Source: Barthelona sp. PAP020 (Eukaryota). From it: a stretch of 41,735 nucleotides of DNA. Where the stretch lies: positions 1 through 41,735 of the forward strand of contig JARQWU010000065.1 in the NCBI GenBank assembly GCA_040182905.1, given 5' to 3'. How positions within the stretch are numbered: position 1 is the stretch's first letter; each line of letters begins with the position of its first letter. The notes beneath the pieces are model-generated. The model was not told where the DNA came from and did not search any database. It was given only the letters and a program-made list of their open reading frames with translations. The position numbers were made by a program, and so were the translations under genes. Of the stretch, positions 1 to 10,171 are shown piece by piece.

Positions 1-313
1 CTATTGTTTCTTCGTTCTTACTGTGGTTGAATCTAATCTACAATTGGTTTGTTTCTGTTGGGCAGTTGTGAGATACTTGTGGATAAACACTTTCACCATA
101 TCTTAATAATTCCTATTGCTTCAGACCAAAGGCAGTAGCTTGTGATTTAATGATTGGTGAATATGGATTGGTTGCTGTTTGCTTTTATACCTTTGATGAA
201 CAGAGATTCTTGAATAGTACTTTTAATTTGAAAAGTGTTAGAATCTTTGATTCACGAAGAAGAAGAAGGGCCATGTGTATGAATGAAAAATAGAAACAAT
301 GTTTAGTTGTTTG

Positions 314-571
314 AAGGCCTTCGAGACCCGATTGATCTGTTGAAAAACTTTAGATTGTCCAAGGTAAAGTTTAAACTTTAAAAGTTTGGTTTTGCAAAAA
401 TACTAAAAAATAGGAATGAAGAATTTCTCCTAAATTCACCCACTTGATCATTCCAATTACATTTTAGTCGCTCAATTCTCCTCCTGGGATTATGACTGAA
501 ATTTGCTAGAATGAGTTTTCTGAGTTTACTTTCTTTGTAAATGAATATAGTTGTTTCATAACTTGACCAAA
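314..571. repeat. Dispersed repeat, copy 1 (diverged; partner at 29972-30190)
   Basis: Shares GATTGATCTGTTGAAAAACTTTA (330-352), TTTTGCAAAAATAC and TTCTTTGTAAATGAATATAGTTGTTTCA-AACTTGACCAAA (531-571) with 29972-30190, same orientation; no intact ORF. Confidence 0.85.
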
Positions 572-697
572 TTTTCTTTTTTTCACAAAACTTCATACAA
601 ATTCCTGAAGGAGATTTGGAGGAACAATTTGAAAAAAAAATTAGAAAAAAAAAATTGAAAAACTAACAACATATTTACAAATTGTTAAACGCACGTT

Positions 698-3600
698 CTA
701 CAAACTAACAATAGATTTCAAATCACTGATTATCGTTGTAGCCAAAAATTGAAAATTCTTCATGTATGTATCGAAAAATAATTGAGTGTCTTCCTCTGAT
801 TCAAAAATCAAATGATCTTCGGGAAGAAACCTGGACTGATTTTCTCGAATTTGATTTTCTTGAACATAATCATATTTATCATCTTGTTTACCATACAAAT
901 GTTCAATGCCTGCTTCATTACGGATATAACCACTTAAATCTTCCATAAGAGATTTTGGAATATTCAACAAACAACTGACATTAGGGTTTTGTTTTAAGAT
1001 TGGTGCCATTAATCTTGTAATTCGATAAACTCTTCTGACCATTATTTCAACATTGAAAAGTTGTAAAAAATCAGAAATTTTTGAATGTTCATTTGGAACA
1101 TTGTCACGTACTTTACGATATATTTGACATAGTTTTGAAAATTTTGAAGGTTTTGTAGGTGTACAAATATACATAAATTTATGATCCAAAGTAAAAATAA
1201 TGATGCAGGGTAAAGGCTCAGAATTTTGTAATTTTATAGTTTGCCATCTGGCTGTGAGATTTACATACTTAAAAAATATTGATAAATCTTCTTGAAACCT
1301 ATTGATTGGAATAATTTTGGAAAATTTCATGATAGAATTGACATTTAAAGGATTTTCATGTAAATGTAAGGTGAAACAATCAAATTTTTGACCTTTAAAA
1401 AAAAGATACAAACGAAAAATCCAAAAAAAATCGTCAAACAATGTGTTTAAACATTCTGTTAATGATAAAGCAGGTCTTAAACTCAACAGAACAGAATCTC
1501 TCAGAGGTAAAGATAATTCAGAATCAACCAAATCGAAACTATGTAACATTGTTAAAATTTCATGTTCATTATGCCTAATTTCAATGTTATCTAAAGGAGA
1601 ATAAGAGTATAATATCGTGCCTGATTTTGAAACATCCATTAGATGAATTAATTTTTGATCTACAACATCTTCCAATAAACACATGATTCTTTTTAAAATC
1701 CATAACGATTTCTTTGTTGTTTTGACCATATCTTGTTGTTTCAAAAAAAAATTAATAATATTCTTAATTTTTGGCCAAGTGATATCGATAATTGGATCAA
1801 AATATGGCGCAATTAATTTTTCATTCAATTTTTTTGATTGAACTGAATAAAAATCTAATTGAGAAGACCAATATCCATTAGGTTCAAGAATAAACGCTAA
1901 TATCATCTGTAAAATAGTTTGAGTTATAAATGAGGATTGTAACATGTCAAAATTAAGAATATCATATAAAAAAAGAAGAAATGTTTCATCAAAATCATAA
2001 AATACATTGGAAAGTGTTAAATCGTTCATATTCTTTTCAAAATCATCATTCTTTCTGCTATTATTATTAACAGTTTGTTCAACAGATTCAGGAAAACTTT
2101 TGAAAGATTCAGATAAAATCTCAAAAGATTCTTCTTCGATAGAATCATCATGATTCGGTTTTTTATGTATTTTTTTTTGTTGAATAGCAGAGATATTTTG
2201 TTGAGATACAGGTAAATCCAGAAAAGGAAACATAATATTTCTACTATCAATAGTTTGTTTGAAACGATAAGCTTGCGTGATATAATCTGGATTTAGAACA
2301 GAATTATTAGGACATAAAAACAATAGAATTTCTTTAATATTGGAATAACAAGTGATTTGAACAAAAGATAATTTTTTTTGAAAAAGTTGATCAAATTTAT
2401 CGGTTAAAGTCTCACCTTTAAGATTAAAAAATTGTTTTTTATTCAATAAAACAATACAAAGATTTAACAGATGATAAAATATTTGGATAGTCATTGATAA
2501 ATCAGTTAATGATAAGGAATTGATGGAAATAATTATGCATAAAGTTTTTAAAAAAGCTGATAAATTAGTAAAATATTTCTTTATTGCTGAAAAAATCAAA
2601 TTTATCAAAGAAAAATCATGAAACGAATCTAACAATAAAATTAATGGATAAAACACATGATCAATAATAGCTTTGATCTGATGTCTTTCATCGTTCTTCC
2701 GACTTTTATATACTTTAGCCAACAAAGGAAATGCCAAGAGAAAATCATAATCTTTGGAAAAATTATTCGAATACAATATACAATCATTCACATGAAATTG
2801 TAATGATGATTTATCCAAAAAAAAAACTTTATCTTTCAATTGAAAAATCTTTAAATCAAAAAATAAATTAAGTATTTCAATATTCATTTGCTGAACAATG
2901 AAATCAATGAAATTTTCATTAATCATTCTGTAAAAATTAGTCATGATCGTTTCAACATTAAAATTCTTTAAATCTTCTTTTTCAGTGTAACATATCTCAA
3001 ATAATTCAGATATAAACTCTAAATGTTCATAGGTTTGGCGTAATCTCCTTGTAACAAACGTTTTAACATCATTAGCAGTATCAATAGCTTCATCCTGCAC
3101 ATATTGAAATTGAATAGGCTTAAATAATCCATAATCAACAACTTTAAAGTAATGTGAAACATTTAAATTGCTCAACCAATTCTTTCTTCGAATGATATCA
3201 TCAAATGGATGAAATACTTCAGCCATATATCGACCAATAGCTAAAATTGAATCTGCGTATAAATGGTTTAACTGTATGATCAAACCAGTGCATAAACCAC
3301 CTCCTGGTGTCAATGCTTCATGACAATCAATAAAATTAGTCACAGAAGAGTCAGTCAAACAAAATAATGATGAAATAATCTGACGAACTTTGGTACGTAC
3401 AAAATTATCTGAGTGTGCAAAATATTGAATGGCTATTGTATACAAAAGGAAACTAGGTGGTTCTATGGTTAAAAAGAAAGGTATTGTTTCGTATGTTAAC
3501 GAATCAGTAATATTCTGTAACATTGCCAAAAATTCATTTATAATTTCACTATCAACATTTGGATCCCTTTCTAACCATTCATGAGTCTTCCAAATCAAAA

Positions 3601-3979
3601 AATTAACATAACCCATACTTTTTCCTTCATTATCAAAGACACTAACAGAATTACTCAAAAGATAAAAAATTATTGAGGATTCTTTCAAATTCCCCATTAA
3701 ATGAGACAATGTTTTGATTGCATATCTTTTAATGGATACAATATCAGTGCTGAAAAAAGTTGAAAATGAATCCAAAAAATCAGCATTCATTATCAAATCC
3801 AACCAAGAAAATTTATTCTTATCTGCATGAAAAGTAGTTTTTAAAAATTCAGTTAATAAATCTATCACTTCATTGGTTTGTTTTATGGAAGGATTCTTCT
3901 TTTCTATTAATTCTTCAATAATAATTCTATAATTCTTGGAAGTGAAAACATCTTTTTTCCATCGAGAAAATAAAGACAT
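698..3979 (-). CDS. CLEC16A: CLEC16A/TT9/GOP-1 family protein (FPL domain), endolysosomal trafficking
   Basis: 1093-aa ORF; N-terminal blocks IKTLSHLMGNLKESSIIFYLLSN and ETIPFFL...LYTIAIQYFAHSDNFVRTKVR match the FPL-domain pattern (QTL.IL..N....S.YYLLSN; LYTEAIKFFNHPESMVR). Confidence 0.8.
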   Translation of the reverse strand: MSLFSRWKKDVFTSKNYRIIIEELIEKKNPSIKQTNEVIDLLTEFLKTTFHADKNKFSWLDLIMNADFLDSFSTFFSTDIVSIKRYAIKTLSHLMGNLKESSIIFYLLSNSVSVFDNEGKSMGYVNFLIWKTHEWLERDPNVDSEIINEFLAMLQNITDSLTYETIPFFLTIEPPSFLLYTIAIQYFAHSDNFVRTKVRQIISSLFCLTDSSVTNFIDCHEALTPGGGLCTGLIIQLNHLYADSILAIGRYMAEVFHPFDDIIRRKNWLSNLNVSHYFKVVDYGLFKPIQFQYVQDEAIDTANDVKTFVTRRLRQTYEHLEFISELFEICYTEKEDLKNFNVETIMTNFYRMINENFIDFIVQQMNIEILNLFFDLKIFQLKDKVFFLDKSSLQFHVNDCILYSNNFSKDYDFLLAFPLLAKVYKSRKNDERHQIKAIIDHVFYPLILLLDSFHDFSLINLIFSAIKKYFTNLSAFLKTLCIIISINSLSLTDLSMTIQIFYHLLNLCIVLLNKKQFFNLKGETLTDKFDQLFQKKLSFVQITCYSNIKEILLFLCPNNSVLNPDYITQAYRFKQTIDSRNIMFPFLDLPVSQQNISAIQQKKIHKKPNHDDSIEEESFEILSESFKSFPESVEQTVNNNSRKNDDFEKNMNDLTLSNVFYDFDETFLLFLYDILNFDMLQSSFITQTILQMILAFILEPNGYWSSQLDFYSVQSKKLNEKLIAPYFDPIIDITWPKIKNIINFFLKQQDMVKTTKKSLWILKRIMCLLEDVVDQKLIHLMDVSKSGTILYSYSPLDNIEIRHNEHEILTMLHSFDLVDSELSLPLRDSVLLSLRPALSLTECLNTLFDDFFWIFRLYLFFKGQKFDCFTLHLHENPLNVNSIMKFSKIIPINRFQEDLSIFFKYVNLTARWQTIKLQNSEPLPCIIIFTLDHKFMYICTPTKPSKFSKLCQIYRKVRDNVPNEHSKISDFLQLFNVEIMVRRVYRITRLMAPILKQNPNVSCLLNIPKSLMEDLSGYIRNEAGIEHLYGKQDDKYDYVQENQIRENQSRFLPEDHLIFESEEDTQLFFDTYMKNFQFLATTIISDLKSIVSL

Positions 3980-4124
3980 TATAATATTTTGTTGAAGCGA
4001 AACATTATTGAAAGAAAGAAAAATGTGAAGAAACCAAATCCTTTCTTTATTTCATATTCTTTTTTTTTTCATTTCATCTTAATTATTGTGTAATTATTTA
4101 AACATTTAAATTCCAAAAGATATT

Positions 4125-5048
4125 ATGAATTTACAATTTTCTAAAGAAGTTCAAAAAGCCATTCAAGAAGGTAAAAGAAACAGAATCGTCGCATTAGAAT
4201 CAACAATTATCTCATTTGGTATGCCATTTCCAAAGAATTATGAAACAGCTAAAAATGTAGAAGAAATTATAAGAAAACAAGGTGCTATACCTGCTACAGT
4301 AGCTATTTTAAATGGTGTTCCACATATTGGCCTTGATGATGATGAACTTTTGTTTCTGGCAAATCCTGAAACTGTTGTGAGCAAAACTTCCAGACGTGAT
4401 ATTGGTTATGTTATTGGAAAAAAATTAAATGGTGCAACTACAGTATCTGCTACGATGAGATTTGCTGCACTAGCCAACATACGTTTATTTGTTACCGGAG
4501 GTATTGGAGGTGTTCACAGAAACGTTGAAAGTCATCTTGATATTTCTGCAGATTTGACTGAATTTTCTCGAACTCCTGTCATGGTTATTTCTGCTGGAGC
4601 AAAAGCAATTTTAGATTTGCCAAAAACCATTGAATTCATTGAAACTATGGGTTCTGTTGTGTTGGGATTTCAAACTGATGAATTTCCTTCTTTCTATTGT
4701 CGTAGTTCCGGAATACATTTACCACATACTGTTGAAACTATTGAAGAAGCTGCAAATATTTTGAAAGCCTCCTTGATATACACTCCTAAACAAGGAATCT
4801 TATTGGCCAATCCAATACCTGAAGAATTTAGTTTTCCTAAGGATGAAATGGATCAACTTATTGGTACAGCCTTGCATGAATGTTCAAAGCGTAAAATAAC
4901 TGGTAAGAATGTGACTCCTTTTCTTTTGAAACATATCACAGAGTTATCAGATGGTGCATCTCTTGCTTCCAACATTGAATTAATATATCATAATGCCAAG
5001 GTTGGAGGTCAGATTGCTGTTGCATTTGATAACATCTGTCAAGAATAA
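4125..5048 (+). CDS. psuG: Pseudouridine-5'-phosphate glycosidase (stand-alone)
   Basis: VALESTIIS.GMP, GATTV, TGGIGGVHR, DISADL, GAKAILD, TPFLL motifs; 307 aa. Confidence 0.95.
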   Translation: MNLQFSKEVQKAIQEGKRNRIVALESTIISFGMPFPKNYETAKNVEEIIRKQGAIPATVAILNGVPHIGLDDDELLFLANPETVVSKTSRRDIGYVIGKKLNGATTVSATMRFAALANIRLFVTGGIGGVHRNVESHLDISADLTEFSRTPVMVISAGAKAILDLPKTIEFIETMGSVVLGFQTDEFPSFYCRSSGIHLPHTVETIEEAANILKASLIYTPKQGILLANPIPEEFSFPKDEMDQLIGTALHECSKRKITGKNVTPFLLKHITELSDGASLASNIELIYHNAKVGGQIAVAFDNICQE

Positions 5049-5311
5049 ACTTTTAAAAAGATATTTAATGAAGCAGAAATATGATTTATTTAAAATTGGA
5101 TAGAACCGTGTTTAATTGAGCTGTCAACATCGTTCTCTGCGAAAAAAAAAAAATGGTAAATTTCTTTTTTCTCTTTTCCTTTTTATTTTCCAAAAAATTG
5201 GTTCAATTTTGATTGCAATTTGTAAAAGTAATGTTATCAAGCATTACCTTTTTTTTTTCAAAATCAAAAAGAAAAACATGACATAAATTTATGGGGAAAA
5301 TTTTGGAATAA

Positions 5312-6013
5312 TTACATCAGCTTTTTAGAATCTCCTGATTGTTTGTATAAAACGGTCATATTATAAAAAGTATACACAGAAAACATTAAATATATATATC
5401 TAAACCAAACCAGCTGAGATTTATGACAACGCATGCACCGAAAAGCATAATGTGGAAGGCAAAAATTACCCTCCATTTTCATACCAACAATAAAAGCAAA
5501 AAATCGAATAACAATGCAAAAAGGAATAAAAAGAAAAGAAAAATATTTGAACGGCAAGGAAATGGTGACAATGTTTAATAAATCAATTGATAATTCTAAA
5601 GATACTTGTTTACAAGCTTTACTAACATTACAATGATTTGGGTGACCTGAAACACCTTCTTCATCAAAAGTAACAATCAATTTTGCTTTTGTATTGCGAA
5701 TTTCTTGTTTTATTGAATTTTTTAAATTCATGATGTTCCAATGGCTTTCTTTTCCATCCAAAAAAGTTTCTTCATGAGTGATATACACATCATCAATTCC
5801 TAATTTATGACAGGATGCACATAATTCGCTGGCTCTAACCTCACCTTGTTCTAAATTATGACCATTCTTTGAATTGTCCCAGGTGCCTTTCGTAGCACAA
5901 AAACACTTCACTTCATATCCTTCATTTTGCAAATTCTTGATTGTAGGAGTAAAAAACATACATTCATCATCAGGATGTGCTATGATTAACAAAGCAATTG
6001 GTCGAGTTAACAT
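5312..6013 (-). CDS. PIGL: N-acetylglucosaminyl-phosphatidylinositol de-N-acetylase (GPI biosynthesis)
   Basis: IAHPDDECMFF.PTI, TFDEEGVSGHPNH, HKSQLVWFR motifs; first ATG at 6013 (ORF-track start at 6082 is non-ATG). Confidence 0.93.
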   Translation of the reverse strand: MLTRPIALLIIAHPDDECMFFTPTIKNLQNEGYEVKCFCATKGTWDNSKNGHNLEQGEVRASELCASCHKLGIDDVYITHEETFLDGKESHWNIMNLKNSIKQEIRNTKAKLIVTFDEEGVSGHPNHCNVSKACKQVSLELSIDLLNIVTISLPFKYFSFLFIPFCIVIRFFAFIVGMKMEGNFCLPHYAFRCMRCHKSQLVWFRYIYLMFSVYTFYNMTVLYKQSGDSKKLM

Positions 6014-6296
6014 ATAATTCAACAAAAAAAAAAAATCCTGATAAAACAAAAAAAAAACCAGTATTCTTTGATTATTTTTCACAACTCTTTAAAACAGAAG
6101 CAAATGAATTCCAAAATTTACACATTTCAAAAAGAAAAATGTTTCCCCATTTTTCAAAAAAAAAAAGAAAAATTGAACAAACTGTTACAAAATTCAAGAT
6201 GAATTGAGTAAAAATTCATTTGAAGAACCTGAAAAAAAAAATTAAAAAAAGTTTCATCTTTTATTTCGTTTTTTTTTTCACTGCCGTTCTTTAAAT

Positions 6297-7355
6297 ATGC
6301 CTGATTTTAATAGAAGAGGTGGATCCTCAAGAGGTGGATCAAGAGGAGGTCCAAGAGGAGATTCAAGAGGTGGATCCAGAGGTGGTAATTTCCGTGATAG
6401 AAATTCTGGTAGCCGTGGCGGTTCTAGAGGTGGATTTTCAAGAGGTGGTCCAAGAGGAGATTCTAGAGGAGATTCCAGAGGAGATTCTAGAGGAGGTAAT
6501 TTCCGTGATAGAAAATCTGGTGGTCGTGGAGGATTCCGTGGTGGTGATTCCAAAAGAGGAGGCCCAAGAGGTGGTCCAAGAGGCGGTCCAGGTGGCAAAG
6601 GTCTTGGTCCTGGTGCAAAGACTGTTGTTACACCTCATCGTTTCCCTGGTGTATTTTTAGGAGCATCTAAAGGACGTCGTGATGAAGAATTTTTATGCAC
6701 TAAGTCTCTAGCTCCTGGTACAGAAGTATACAAAGAAAAACGTATTCAAATTGATGAAAATGAAGAACAAATTGAATATAGAGTTTGGGATGCTTTCCGT
6801 TCTAAATTAGGTTCCACTATTTTAAAGGGTGTTCGTAATATTTATATGGGACCTGGATCTAAGGTTCTTTATTTGGGTGCTGCATCTGGTACAACAGTAT
6901 CTCATGTTTCTGATCTTGTAGGACCTGAAGGATTAGTATATGCTGTTGAATTTGCTGAAGCTCCTGGACGTAAATTGTTGGCTGTTGCTCAACAACGTCC
7001 CAACATTGTTCCTATCATTTGTGATGCCAGGATGCCCAATCAATATCGTATGTATGTTGATATGGTTGATTGTGTATTTTCTGATGTTGCTTCACCTCAT
7101 CAAGCTGAAATTGTTGCTCGTAATGCTCATTATTTCTTAAAGAATGGAGGTGGTATAGTCTGTGCTATTAAAGCTAATTGTATTGATTCTACTGTTGATC
7201 CTGAAGTTGTTTATGCTATGGTTAATGATTCCTTCAAAGCTGAAGGTATTGTTACTGAGGAATTAATGTCTTTGGAACCTTTTGAAAGAAACCATGCAAC
7301 AATCATCGGTAGATATCGTCCTGTTAAAGGAAAAAAGTCATCTAAGGATTATTAA
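6297..7355 (+). CDS. FBL: Fibrillarin (box C/D rRNA 2'-O-methyltransferase) with N-terminal GAR domain
   Basis: RGG-rich N-terminus; [45 protein letters not shown] motifs. Confidence 0.97.
   Translation: MPDFNRRGGSSRGGSRGGPRGDSRGGSRGGNFRDRNSGSRGGSRGGFSRGGPRGDSRGDSRGDSRGGNFRDRKSGGRGGFRGGDSKRGGPRGGPRGGPGGKGLGPGAKTVVTPHRFPGVFLGASKGRRDEEFLCTKSLAPGTEVYKEKRIQIDENEEQIEYRVWDAFRSKLGSTILKGVRNIYMGPGSKVLYLGAASGTTVSHVSDLVGPEGLVYAVEFAEAPGRKLLAVAQQRPNIVPIICDARMPNQYRMYVDMVDCVFSDVASPHQAEIVARNAHYFLKNGGGIVCAIKANCIDSTVDPEVVYAMVNDSFKAEGIVTEELMSLEPFERNHATIIGRYRPVKGKKSSKDY
6312..6595 (+). repeat. Degenerate 12-nt coding repeats of the fibrillarin GAR domain ([12 protein letters not shown])
   Basis: Repeated AGAGGWGRWTCN / AGAGGTGGTCCA units. 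Confidence 0.8.
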
Positions 7356-7448
7356 TTTATTTAATTTTTGAATTAAATCGGTATTGTTCCAGCAAAATGA
7401 AAGCAAAATTTGAGAAAGCGATAAAAACAAAAAAAAATAATTTTTTTT

Positions 7449-7802
7449 TTATTTGGCAAGTTGAATTTCTACGTGAAGTTTTCTGTTTGTACTAAATATT
7501 TCCATTCCACTATTAATATGACCTAAATGAATCAAACCTGAAGAGTACCCAAAATCCTTGTAAAAGATGCACATGTTTCCCCAAGGAGCATAATATTTGA
7601 TATCACCTCTCTTTGCACTTGAACCACGAGGCTGACCGGTTGTTGATAAACTTTGAGGGAGTGTTGCAATTTTTTCGGTGCTTGAATAATCTTCCAAGTC
7701 CAAAGAAAGGGGTAATTGGCTGATAAAATCTCTGGTGGATGAACTGTCTTCAAGTGTTGCATGAATAGTTTGGTCATCAATAACAAGAAGTATTTCCATC
7801 AT
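7449..7802 (-). CDS. Cyclophilin-like fold protein of bacterial type (TM1367/Cyclophil_like2-like)
   Basis: ATLEDS..TRDFISQLPL.L...DY...EK...LP..L and GDI.YYAPWGN.CIFY..FGYS.GL..LG.I motifs; ATG at 7802 (or 7799). Confidence 0.8.
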   Translation of the reverse strand: MMEILLVIDDQTIHATLEDSSSTRDFISQLPLSLDLEDYSSTEKIATLPQSLSTTGQPRGSSAKRGDIKYYAPWGNMCIFYKDFGYSSGLIHLGHINSGMEIFSTNRKLHVEIQLAK

Positions 7803-8122
7803 CAAAACAATAAAAGATAAAAAAAGGGATAGAGAAAAAAAAAAAACAAGCAATCATTGCATCAAAATCACAAAAATTCAAAGAAAACCTTGTAATAGAT
7901 GTATGATTATGATGTTCAATTGATTATAATTATTGCTAAACAATTATTAGAGCATTTAAAAAGGCAAAAGCATGTCAAAAATTGAAAATCAAAAGTGTCC
8001 CACTTATTTTTTAAAATATTTGAATATGAACAACCTTTTAAAAATCAAAGCAAAGATCAATTACAATTGGCAAAAACAATTTCCAATAAAAACAAATATC
8101 AAAAAAAAATTTACATATTATT

Positions 8123-8782
8123 TTAAACAATAAACGCTTGGTTTGGATTTGAACTATTCATATCATAAGGATCAAATGGAACTTGTTGATAATAATTTTG
8201 TGAAGGGTCAAAAACAGAATCTTGATGAATAACTTTCAAATCAGATTCTACTTCTTGATGTTGCATTTTGGAAAAATTGGAACTCTTGAATTCTTGAGTT
8301 CGATCCATATTATTGGGATAACTAATACAAATGTTAAATTCTGCATCATCAGAGCCACCAGTAGCTTTGAATGAGATTTCTTTGTCACAATATTCATTAT
8401 TTAATCTGGATAATGTTATTTCAAAATCAACCAAATGTTCTTCATAAGGCGGTTCTTGTAAAAGAATGGCGGCAATAATTCCCAATATTGCATCAGTAAT
8501 TAGAATGACAGGTAAAGTCCAAAGTCCAACAAAAACTATTGGAAGTGCAATGGTGCAAACAGACAAAAATGCAATAATAGCAAATATGGTTCCAACATAC
8601 TGGCGCACATGTGATTTTTTAGCTGTTGAGTCAGATAATCTTTTGGTCAAAGCGGAATATTCATTTCGGGAAAAAACTTTTCTCAATTCAATGGGAAATG
8701 TATTATGTCCATCATAACCATTTTGGATCAATGGATGGTTCTTTAAATTAAACCGAAAATTAACGTTAACACTCTTAACCAT
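8123..8782 (-). CDS. Membrane protein with hydrophobic hairpin, possibly Golgin A7/Erf4-like
   Basis: 219-aa ORF from ATG 8782; FPIEL...SRNEY...RL, two hydrophobic segments, then L.RLN.EY...I.F, resembling the Erf4/GCP16 layout. Confidence 0.5.
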   Translation of the reverse strand: MVKSVNVNFRFNLKNHPLIQNGYDGHNTFPIELRKVFSRNEYSALTKRLSDSTAKKSHVRQYVGTIFAIIAFLSVCTIALPIVFVGLWTLPVILITDAILGIIAAILLQEPPYEEHLVDFEITLSRLNNEYCDKEISFKATGGSDDAEFNICISYPNNMDRTQEFKSSNFSKMQHQEVESDLKVIHQDSVFDPSQNYYQQVPFDPYDMNSSNPNQAFIV

Positions 8783-9044
8783 AAAAAAAAGAAATTCTTT
8801 CAAACACCCTTCTGATAAATTTATTGTTTAAAAAATATTCAATTAATATGCATAAAACAAAAAATTACCATAAATAGAGAGGTTTTGAAGAAGAAGCGAA
8901 AAGAAAATTCATTTCATTCAAACATCCGTTTGGTTGAGATTAATTTTTCTTTTTGTTTAATATTGATCACTTTTAACCATTTTAATTTGAAAATAAGTTT
9001 TTATAAAATATGATTCATTCTTTTTTTATTTGGTTTACAATTAT

Positions 9045-9776
9045 ATGCCTTCACGACGTGCCAAAGGATTAAAAGGGTTACAACAACAACAAATTCAAAA
9101 ACAAAAGATCCAAGAATTGGGTCAAACGATGGAAGAAGAAACCATGTCCCAAATGCGAATTCAGCTTGGTAATTTTAAAGAAAAGTTAGAAGAATTTGCG
9201 TTAAATCATAGAGATGAAATCAATAATTCCCCTATATTTCGAAATGAATTTCAAAAGATGTGCAGAGAATTAGGTGTTGATCCATTGGCTTCAAACAAAG
9301 GTTTTTGGGCTTCAATTTTGGGTGTTGGAGATTTTTATTATGATTTAGGTGTGAAGATATTGACTATTGCTATTAGAAATCGGAATTTTAATGGTGGTAT
9401 GATGAAATGTGATGAAATATTATTAAATTTACAAAAAGCTTCAAAGAATGTCAATGTTTCGATTGACGATTTGACCAAAGCTGTTGAAAAAGTTAATGTT
9501 TTAAATCCTTTTTTGAAAATAATTAACATTTCCAACACATTGTATTTGCAGTCAGTCCCCTTGGAGTTGTCAAATGATGATACTGAAATAATCAGTTTGG
9601 CCCAAAAATATGGAGGTTATGTTACAAAAACAAATATGGGTTCTTTACATTGGTCTGTTGAAAGAATTGAGAGAGTTTTGGAGAGTTTTATTGCCAGAGC
9701 AATGGTATGGATTGACAGTCAAAATGTTGAAGAAACAACTTATTGGTTTCCATCATTATTGGACTTTACATTGTAA
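9045..9776 (+). CDS. SNF8: ESCRT-II subunit Vps22/SNF8 (EAP30)
   Basis: LEEFA..H..EI...P.FR..FQ.MC..LGVDPLASNKGFWA..LG.GDFYY, LQSVP.EL, WIDSQ...YWFPSL; ATG at 9045. Confidence 0.96.
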   Translation: MPSRRAKGLKGLQQQQIQKQKIQELGQTMEEETMSQMRIQLGNFKEKLEEFALNHRDEINNSPIFRNEFQKMCRELGVDPLASNKGFWASILGVGDFYYDLGVKILTIAIRNRNFNGGMMKCDEILLNLQKASKNVNVSIDDLTKAVEKVNVLNPFLKIINISNTLYLQSVPLELSNDDTEIISLAQKYGGYVTKTNMGSLHWSVERIERVLESFIARAMVWIDSQNVEETTYWFPSLLDFTL

Positions 9777-9895
9777 ATATAGTGTGTGTGTGCGTGTGTA
9801 ATTAAAAAAGAAAAATATTTTTATTTTGTAAAATAATTAATCATCACAATTTTTTATTTTTGAATGATTTATTTGTGCCTAATTTTTAAAAAGAT

Positions 9896-10171
9896 CTACT
9901 CGCTTGAGGATTGAGTTGATGAAAAACTGTTGAGTTCAGAAACCAAAACATCTTCATGTGTTCCATCAGGTAAATATCTCCTGATAATCATTTTAATTTG
10001 TTGTCTACTTAATTCTTCTTCTGCAATTTTAATAGGATCTATTTCTTCCGTACTCAATCCAATTTGAGCGTTCATTGCAATTTGTTGAGCTCTAGCACCA
10101 ATAACTCTCGCTTTTTCATATTTTGTGAGGTATTTTGGTGTACGTACAGGCTTATAATTATTTTCTGACAT
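9896..10171 (-). CDS. RPB6: RNA polymerase I/II/III common subunit RPB6 (RPABC2)
   Basis: YLTKYEKARVIGARAQQIAMNA, DPI.IA.EEL, IIRRYLPDG; ATG at 10171. Confidence 0.96.
   Translation of the reverse strand: MSENNYKPVRTPKYLTKYEKARVIGARAQQIAMNAQIGLSTEEIDPIKIAEEELSRQQIKMIIRRYLPDGTHEDVLVSELNSFSSTQSSSE

Noticed and set aside
1..300. Possible gene at the left edge (ATG at 274 on the minus strand)
   Set aside because: Every frame I read hits stops within about 35 codons; more likely continuation of the decayed repeat region
378..596. 72-aa minus-strand ORF
   Set aside because: Lies inside the dispersed repeat and the frame is broken in the second copy
6278..6660. Pro-rich antisense ORF and Glu/Val-rich alternative-frame ORF
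   Set aside because: Shadows of the fibrillarin RGG repeats
9782..9799. (GT)n microsatellite after SNF8
   Set aside because: Short, imperfect, no evidence of function
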